A stretch of DNA of 64,000 bases from Azolla caroliniana (Eukaryota; Plantae; Polypodiophyta): NCBI GenBank assembly GCA_043228905.1, contig JBHGNT010000007.1, positions 2,604,001-2,668,000 of the forward strand. Direction: 5' to 3'. A model generated the notes under the pieces. It had not been told where the DNA came from. It saw only the letters and a program-made list of their open reading frames with translations, and did not search any database. The position numbers were made by a program, and so were the translations under genes. Of this stretch, positions 25,610 to 35,200 are shown in pieces. Position 1 is the first letter of the stretch, and each line of letters opens with the position of its first letter.

Positions 25610-26305
25610 ATGAGAAATCCCATGGCTATGGACCTCGGCAAGGAGAACATCTCCCCTTTCACTCATCTGTATCAGATTCAGACCCGGAGTCTTTCGGTTA
25701 AGTCGTGCCAGAGCGGCAGCAGCAGCAGCAGCAGAAGAAGAAGCCCTTTGCCTCGGGGTTTCCCACGATCTCCTCTCCAAGACATTACTCATCACATTCT
25801 TTCCCCCTATTCCAGCCCCATCTCTTTCAATTCTCTGCAAATCTTACCCTGTGGCCAATTTTTGGACACTCAATCAACTCAGTTTGGATCCAGAAACAAG
25901 CGGTTCAAGTCTGATGCTGCGTCTCAGTCTCTCCGGCTGTGCACATCGTCACAGACCGAAATTGAGATCTCTCAGGGCGTGGATCCAAAACTGAGTGCTT
26001 CTCACGCTGTTGACCCAGAAATTAGTGCAATGGATTCTCTGGATTGCGAAAGAAAGGTAGATGCGATCCGCGTGGAATGCAGTCAGAATAATGGAGCTTC
26101 TTCATCTGCACAGTTCGACTCTTCTTCTGTTGAAAATGGCGAAGCGTTGCTTACGCTTCCTTCTCCACAGCAGAAGACCTCGAGCAAGAAGAGGAAGCAA
26201 ATAATGGTTTCTGTACTACCTACGAGTTCAAGCATTTCTACGGAATCTGTGAACACAGACAGGTCTAAAACAAAAGCAAGGAGCAGTATTATGAAGTTTC
26301 GATAG
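25610..26305 (+). CDS. UVI4/OSD1-like APC/C inhibitor, paralogue 4 (~231 aa, inverted)
   Basis: MAMDLGKENISP, RSPLPRGFPRSPLQDITHH, KRFK, KKRK and tail SSIMKFR. The first ATG is at 25610. Confidence 0.8.
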   Translation: MRNPMAMDLGKENISPFTHLYQIQTRSLSVKSCQSGSSSSSRRRSPLPRGFPRSPLQDITHHILSPYSSPISFNSLQILPCGQFLDTQSTQFGSRNKRFKSDAASQSLRLCTSSQTEIEISQGVDPKLSASHAVDPEISAMDSLDCERKVDAIRVECSQNNGASSSAQFDSSSVENGEALLTLPSPQQKTSSKKRKQIMVSVLPTSSSISTESVNTDRSKTKARSSIMKFR

Positions 26306-28486
26306 TATTTATATTCACGCACTAAAACATTCTTCATCATCTCGGTGAATATATTTATATCAAGGACTTCATACTCTCCTCCATTGAATTCTGTACAGAT
26401 AGATTGCATAAGATTTTCCTTCATCACACAAAATTTCAAATGAGATTGAGTTATTTCAATCGAATTAATGTTGTCGTGGATCTACATTCAAGACAATACT
26501 TACCTGTTTTCATTCAACACCTAAGCTTTAACGGTAGCTCATTGAGTCACTTTAATCTAATGAGAATTTACCTTTTTGTTCATGGAAATGCTTAACGTAT
26601 CAAAAATTAAAGCTTTTAAAGATGATGTATGTCAGAGTTTTCTATCAAGATGCAATGCAAGGTCAACTGTTTGATGATATACTCGGAATCATAAATTTGT
26701 ATCTAGATTTTGTTAGTTTTAATTTCCGTTTGCTTCCAGGGATGTGTTTGATTCTACTTGTTATGTAATTTATAATGTGTTTTATCCTTTTTTTCTGTAT
26801 TCTTTAGTTTTATTTTAAAATGTTACTTGTTACTACATATTCGTAAACATGGATGGGATTGGGTCATTAAGTAAACCCTAAAACGTTGTACAACAAAATT
26901 TGAGCTTTGCTCGATGGGGAAGGAGACACGTGTTTCTGTATAGTGTGCAAATTCAAGCTTTGCCATGGCGTTCATTAATTCTGCGCTGTTTCTACTAGTA
27001 ATTTATGTGAGCTACTGCATGAACAGACTACTTTCTGAAATCCTTTTAGCATCTGAAATCTTCTTCATAAATCGCGCAATTGGTGTAGTTTTTTGACCTA
27101 ATTACCAAGTCTTACATGCCCAATGTCAGAACGAACATTTATAAAGCCATCGTAGCAGGCGCATATAAACAGGATTACATCTATATAGATTTTCCTGCAG
27201 TAAGATGAATGGAAAGAGCACATTTGTAAAATTTTCACGATGATCATTGCCGAATAGTTTTGTGAGTATTGATCAAGCCTGAACAAAGATGAACCGAAAG
27301 TACGCCAAAACCATTCCAACCCAGAGGCTTCACAATATTTTCTCTCGGATATATATTTATTTGCAGGAGATGTTTAATTTATCTCATCATTCTTGATCAA
27401 AGAATCACAGAATCAATATCTTCAGTGCAGGGATTGAGGTTTGTATCGATATCTATATATTGGGAAAATAATTAAATCGGTTGTAATGGAAGGAGATGAT
27501 AATAGAAAATCTAGAACGATCTTGAGATTTGTTCTCTGCGTTTCTTATAAGTTCATCATAATCTGATAAATTGAACTAACAGAAAGAGGAAAGGGTGTGT
27601 ATCCAACTGATAATACTAATAATAAAATAAACACAAAAAATAAAAAAACATTTTTAAGTTTTATTATTTGATCAATTCAACGAATATTTTTGAGCATAGT
27701 AAAATTGAAAAAGAATTAACAATTTAATTCTGAAGGAGGAAGAAGAAGAAGAAGAAGAATGGAATCAATCAATCAATGCATACATATAGATAATAAAGAA
27801 ATTTAATTTCTGCGCTTAAAATTAAAGATACAAAATTTCTTCCATTTCATCAGTTAGGCGAGCAATGATGGCGGAATCAAGCACATCCAGTACTCAGAAT
27901 GTACACTCCTTTGCAAACTATGGTTAGGGTTTCCGAGTGAGCGCGAGGAAATTGCACGGTGAAGGAATCAAAGAGGGCTGAATCGTGCTCTTAGGGTTCA
28001 AAGCTGCACACAGTCTGATTAAGAAAACTGAGTATATGACATATATATTATTATATGTATATATACCTATAAGAAAACTCTATATATATATATTATATAT
28101 ACTCAGTTTCCCATTTTCAACTCATGGCCTTTCTTCCTCGTCTCCAATGGATTTTCTGATTCGCCTGTGCGTATAATTTAAATTCGTCACGCGATTTCAA
28201 AGTGATGAATTAACCATTGGACGTTTTAAATCACAAATTAGTTGTGGCGCTCTTTGAATCAAGCCCGTCTCCTCTCTCTGCATTTGATCTTTGGGGGGTT
28301 AGTCAATTCACATCCAAACTTCAACCATGCCAATCCAAAGAAAGACAGAGGGAGGAAATGTAGTGTGGTTACATGACTATGCATCCGATAGAGAGTCGGG
28401 TGTTAGAATTAATGCAGGTACGACATTAAGGGTTTGAATATTTGCATCAGTGAATGATGGCATTTTACACCACCTTCTCATGTGTA

Positions 28487-28534
28487 AACCCCAACCCTAA
28501 CCCTAACCCTAAACCCCTAAACCCCTAAACCCTC
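28487..28534. repeat. Short interstitial telomere-like tract flanked by an 11-bp direct repeat
   Basis: Mixed CCCTAA/CCCTAAA/CCCCTAAA units. TCTCATGTGTA occurs at 28476-28486 and 28535-28545. Confidence 0.8.
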
Positions 28535-29221
28535 TCTCATGTGTATCATACAATTTAGGACATAAAAGAGTAGTACTGGGATAAACTAATCAACATTCAG
28601 TTAATGCCTACCGGAATCCCGAAGAGAGGTGAGCGGGTGTTTTCGGAAATGTTTTAGCCGAGGTTTAAGGGAAGGGAAACACGATAAAACCTATAGCTAG
28701 CTAGCAAGCTATTGGTAATGCTAGCAAATTGCCCAAGAACTACGTTTAATGTCTTTTTCCGCGACCGAAGATCCGTTTTTTCTTTATTCCCCAGCATGCC
28801 CTTGGCCACTATCTGGCAAGGCAAATCGCATGATTGGCATCATCTACCTTCTTCTTTTTTATTAGATCGGACTCGGGATCTAAGCAATTTCCTGCACATT
28901 TCTCCTCTCTTTCCAAAAATGACCTAGGGCCATGGCCCTGCCAAAATAAGGAGAAACTCAGGGGCATTTTTGGGAAATAGAGGAAATTGTCGAAGCAACT
29001 GTTGTACAGGCCGAACAAAAAACACGAAGGAAAAATGCGAAAGGCTTTGGCAAAAATATGTAAGGAGAACTCAGGGGCATTTCGGGAAATAGAGGAAACC
29101 GTCGAAGGAATTAACGAAGGAAAATACATATGTATGTATGCGAAAGGCTTTCATTTTTGAAAGAACAGAGAGGCAGCGACAGAGGAGACTGACTGTGGAG
29201 GGAAGAGGCACTCGAGAAGCT

Positions 29222-32200
29222 ATGGAGGATGAATGGGTTCCTTCTACACCTTCGTCTTCTTCCTCATCTCCCCCACCATTTAGCCTGCGGATTGTTTCCA
29301 TGGATTACTACATGGCTCCCCCTGTCCCTGAATTGGATGCTTGCTATTCTTCTCTACAAGGTCAGCTTACTCCCCCCCCCCCCCCCCCCCCCCCCTCTCT
29401 TCCTACCCTACCATGTCTTTCCTCACAAATCTCTGCAACAAGACCAAACAGGAATTTTTTTTATATTTTTTATATTTTTTATCCATCATTTCTTTACTTG
29501 ATCCTATTTTATTTTAATATTCAGGACAACCCATCGCAGAGGTTCCAGTTGTGAGAATATTTGGACCTACCATTTCTGGTCAAAAGATGTGCTTACATCT
29601 ACACAAGGTTAGCTCTGATCTCTCTTTTCTTGAAGGATACTTTATCTTATTAATTTGAAGTTATCTGTTTTCTCTGTTTTTCTAGTACAGAATTTTGTTG
29701 AACGTTTCTCTTTGTTACACGAACATTTCTGTTCTAGTTGAGTGGTTCTCTTCTTTTAGTTGAAGATGTCACTCTGTTTTTTTTTGAATATTTCTCTTAG
29801 CAAGAGACTATTACGAACAGCCTGTGAGCTCATCCTAATATTTAGCTAGATTCATAAGATTTGTATGAATAACTGGACAGAGATCAAGTTTTACGAACAA
29901 AATTCCTCACATTTTTAGTTCCTACGATCTTAATAAAGCGATTTTCTATAAGGTCAGTGATATTCCTCACAAATTTGGTACTTAAAGCTCAAATGAGGAG
30001 GTTACATGAAGGTAGAAAGTTACCAGATTTCAGGGTAGACGAGTGAAATTGCTCACATTTTTGTACATCAAAGCTCAATTGAAGATACATTCTATGAATA
30101 TCATCTGTCTTCTGGGTAAAAACAGTGGAATTCCTCAGATTTTGCTACTTATAAACTCATTAAGCATGAAGATGGAAGCCTTCTTACCTAATTAATCGTA
30201 TTAACAATGATATTTAACTCATATGTCTTCCTTAATGGAGTGTTTCCATCATGAAAAAATCTCATATCACAACTAATCAACTACTCGAACTGATTCATGA
30301 TGAACCGTTTAACCATATGGGAACAGAACTTCAATTCGGATATGTTATGTTAGCAATTGGATTCACATGTCTCATTTCATGGTATGGATACTCGTTGATA
30401 AACTTGAAAGAAATAAACTGAAACAGGCAGAAAGAGAAGAAAGGTTGGCTTCCACTGAAGTGATCAATATACAAGAAATCTGAAGTCTCTTCCATCAAGA
30501 TTCTTACAGAGGATCAACAATATTAAGCTTATTTGTTACATGGAATTATTTCCTTTCAATGGAAATAAGAAAAATCAACACCTTAGAATCGTGACATCTT
30601 TAACAACCTGTTTTTTCCAATATATGTATTCAGATTGTCCTCTCTAGAAAAAAGAGAGAAAAATTACCTTCCCATATTCTTTCTTTTCCAACATGTGTAT
30701 AGAAGCCCTGTAGTTTATACATATCTCTTCTTCTCCAGAAAAAAGAGAGTTTTTTTCTCTACTGTAGGCTTTATTCAATATGCATGTACACACACACACA
30801 TAACCCCATTTTTTCCAGAAGAAAAATAGAGAAACTTTTTGTTACAGGCACTTCCATTAGTGTGTCTGTTCTGCCATATAACTGACTACATGTCTCATAA
30901 AATCGAGTGTTACATCTCCTTTGGTCCAGAAAACGAGAGTTTTTTCTCTTCTGCAGGCTTTCTTCAATATATATATATATATTACAACCCTGTCATTTCT
31001 AAAAGAAAAGAAGAGAAACGTTTTGTGACAGACAACTTCCATCAGTATGTCTAGGCTGCCATATAACTAAGCTGCACATCTCATAAAGTGGAATGACAAA
31101 GTAGGTATAGCACAGCATAGATGAATGATTGAAGTACATCATGAACCACACCTATGGTCGATGCACTGGAGAATGAAGATACTCGATCTGGTTTTCTAGA
31201 GTTTATATTATCTCCAGGTTATGACCTATATTTTGTATGGTGATCTTGCTTTCTGCAGGCTTTTCCCTACTTATATGTACCATACGATGAAGATCTGCCT
31301 CAGGATACCACTGCAGGTAGGATTTCTTTGTGTCTTTTTCAAGATATGAACATTCTACTTTTTCATGTAACTAATATTTGACATTCACAAACAGCTTTCG
31401 GATTTGTTCGAAGCTTAGCAGCTGCAATTGAAAAGGCACTCAAGGTAATGCATTCTTGATTGTACATATTTCAATACCTGCTGTAGAGTTTGGCCATAGC
31501 CCTATACATTATCTTCTTTGCCCCTAGGGGAAGTTTTCATGTGGATAAATAGGCTGACAACCCTTGTTGTAGACTTTGTGATCTTTTGATGCTATTCTGA
31601 TAGCTTCACTTGTTAATATTGCAGCTTGCAAGCACTGTTGGTGCAAAACGACAACATGTATATAGTTGTAGTCTTGTCCGAGGAAAGAAGTTTTATGGAT
31701 ATCACAGTGACGAACAACTCTTTGTCAAGATAATGCTGTATGCAAAGATTCATGCCAAATATAAGCCATATTTATTATGAGTACTAGATGCATTTACAAT
31801 GCAGTGACCTGTTAAAATTGACCAGAAAAGAAAAATACTAGTTTTAAGAGAAGCTCAAGACATATTTAACAATTTCCTTTACCATTTTATACTTCAAAAA
31901 ATTAGGTTGATTTGCATTTCCAAGCACTAGACTGCATGAGAAGAAATGGTTGGAATGATACAAAAGAAAGTGAGATGTGATATAAAATTTGCCATTAATG
32001 ATGTGGGAGGAGGTTCAGAGTTATGCATATGATGCTAGAGTGCGTTTTATGTCTTGGTTTCTCAGTGAATGCTCAACATGCTTGAATGTACCCTTGGTGT
32101 CTCTCTCAGGATCCATGTTTTGCCTATATTTATCGCCTCCATCTTCTGTGATATATGGAGAGAGGAAAGATTATCAGTCACACAGTACAAACTTTGGAGT

Positions 32201-35200
32201 TATTCCTCTAGTTTGGATCCTTTTTACGCCCATTTTTGTTGGTCATTGGCTATATTGTTAGTGTAGATTGAGTTACTGTATGATTAGTGATCCAAAATGC
32301 TTTTCTAATCAGGATTAGACTGTATGATTAGTGACTCAGTATGCTTCTCTAATTGATCATAATCAGGATTTTGATTAGTTTCAACATGGTGCTAATTAAG
32401 ATGGCATGTTTGGTAATTTTTTCTACTTTTTGGGGTTTCTCCAACACACTCCACTTTTCTCTTAAAAATGACCTGGATAGAATATTTATTTTATTTTTAT
32501 TCAAAACAAATATAAAATCTGCATCATGTTATAAAATGTGTCCTTCAAGATTATTGGATTTTCTATTGATATTGATTATCTTCTTGATTATGGACATAGG
32601 TATCATCCTCAAGAAGTTCTGCGTCTCAGCACGCTTCTTCTGGTAAGGACTATTGTGCTAATCTCACTATGATTCAGGGAAACAATTTACGTGCAATCAT
32701 CTTTTGGTTTTTCGATATGAGAAACTTCTTATGCTTTTCTATTGTTACAAGATTAGTAGTGGAGAATCTTGTTTCCCAGTCAGTTAGAAATTGAAAATCA
32801 AGTTATAATTTGAGAAGTGAATTTATTATCTGCATGTCAAGTAATTCAGTATTGAATGCTAATGTTTCTCTTCCACAAATAAACAAATCATCTGTTCAAA
32901 ACGTTTTTTATATACTTAACTAATTCTATGAATTGGCGGTGAACAAATTGTTGTTTGTAATTACATTTTCAGGGTGGTGGCATTTTAAACCGACCATTTC
33001 AACCATATGAATCACACATTCCTTTTCTACTACAAATTATGGTGAATATACTTTAGAGTATTTGTGTGCACATTTTCTTGGTAAATTTAAATGATAAAAT
33101 CATATAAATATAGCCTGATGCAGATCGACCATAATTTAGCTGGAATGGGGCATATCCATTTGGCTGACATTAAATTTCGATCACCTTTGTTAAAGAACAA
33201 ATTCTCCCAACTTCATACTTCTGGCGTGATAAACATAGTTGAGGAGCTTGTGTCATCCAGTAAAAGGATAATTGATCAGTCACAAGATCTATCTAGCAGT
33301 CCAATTGGCTTATGGTGCACACCACTGAGTGGATACGAAAGAACAACACTACAGAAGCAGAGCACGTGTGAGCTGGAAGGAGACACATCGGTGGAAGGTA
33401 CATAAAGTGTTAGCAATAGGTCTCTGAAACATTTTGCGGAAGTTGAAGACTGAGTATATTTTCAACCTTTGGAATTACAGCAATTCTGAATCATAAGGAC
33501 CTTTTGTATATACCTTTGGAAAAAGCAGGCCCTGAAATCAAAATGGTCCAGTCACTAATACCGATATGGCAGGTGATTGCTTGTTATGGAAATGCTATTC
33601 TGTATTTACTTGACACCAATTCTAATCTCTTCTGTACATGTTTGCCTTCTATGATGGAAGGAGCTTGATATCAAAGTCAATTCTACTATTGTCAACAATG
33701 AAAAGAAATTCTCATATGAGCGAGAAATCCCAGGTTTGCAGTCATATGTAGAAGACTTCAAGAGAGTGCTTGAAACCATCTTGGTTGCTCGTGGAAAATC
33801 ATCATCTTGCAATGAAGACGAAAGTTTTCTTAATGCTAGTGAACTGCATAAAGAGGACATTGGTATGAGTGCAATCTCTAATGTTGAGAAGAATGCTTTG
33901 CTTTTGTGCACTCAGGCAGCACATTCGAAAAGCTGCTTGCTGACAGATGAGAACAATTTCAGGTCTAATTCTATAAAAGAAGAGGATGCAAGTCTTCTTA
34001 ATGAAGACATGATTAACCATCAACTTACTCAAAATTTTCAGGTAAGTTGGTTCATGTATTATAGTTTGTAGAATTTGTGTAATTATATAAAAGAAGATGC
34101 AAGTCTTCTTAATGAAGATATGATTAAGCATCAATTTACTTAAAAAATTCAGGTAGGTGGTTTTGCAGTATTATAGTTTAGTTAAAAACGGGTTTTTTTC
34201 CTTCTTGCCTGCAGCTTAGCAGATTGTCTAGAAGTCAGCATTTTTCATTTAGACAATTGTCTTCAGAAATACCCTCACATTTGCAGGATTTAGTATAAGG
34301 ATAGGGATGGTTCTGGAGTGTTACATGATTCCCTCTAGATAGAAAGAAAAATATATTATCATCTATTAGATATTGAAATCTGATCATGATTACAAATATG
34401 GGCAAATTCAAATCATTGATATGAAAACAAAATAAAAGCTCTTGGTTTCCTGTAGATCCTTGATAATAATCTTAATGCATGCGGATTATGGTTTAGTGTT
34501 AGACACGATGAAGTTCACTGAGTGTATCTGGGTATCCTTGACGATCAGACATGGTGAGCAATGAGCTTCATGATCTGGTGCTGTATGAACCATGAGCCTT
34601 ACATCCTGGTACTCGTGCCGTCCATTGTCGTCAGCATTTCTCTGCTTGCTCTATGATGACTCCTCGAAAAGTTTTCAGTGGAGGTGCAGGCCCATGGTTG
34701 AAGTCAGTCATCTGTGACTGCCATTGCATCCCATGTGGCAATACAAGGGTTGATTCCCTATCTTCTGAAGCTCGAGCAAGCACCTCTATGGCCTCAATCA
34801 TATAGTGAAAGAAAGCCTATATCACTAGCATAAAAATATATATGAATTGTGGGACCATGAGGTTCTTACCATCTCCATAACCATCTCATCAATATAGAGT
34901 CTGAAGTGGAATGGCCTTCAGACAAGGTGAATTATCCTACATTCCAGATACTTGCCTGAGGTTGGCCAGTTTGAGTAACCATCATAATTGCATAGTTCCT
35001 TGGTTGGAGGGTTGGTGTGTATCACCAGAAATTTAGATTTTGTACAATATTGTCCATGATCCTGATTCCATTCATTGGGGGGTCCCTCTGTAGGCATTTA
35101 TGTACCTCAGTTCCCAATGTTTGGGGTCAATACAACGGTTTTTGTCTTTTTCAGGTGGTCTTTTTACAGTGATAGCATAGTCCTTGTATATGTGAAACCA

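Noticed and set aside
14398-26305. Assignment of the four genes as securin (PATRONUS) or cyclins
   Set aside because: No cyclin fold is present. The LPxxxPRxPLxDIT motif plus terminal hydrophobic-Arg tail fits UVI4/OSD1 better.
27269-27400. C/D-box snoRNA on the minus strand
   Set aside because: A C box and terminal stem are present, but there is no CTGA D box next to the stem.
28440-28720. Telomerase RNA gene (CTAAACCCT followed by ctctcatgt)
   Set aside because: No USE/TATA type-3 promoter or oligo-T terminator was found. The tract is multimeric and flanked by a duplication, so an insertion is more likely.
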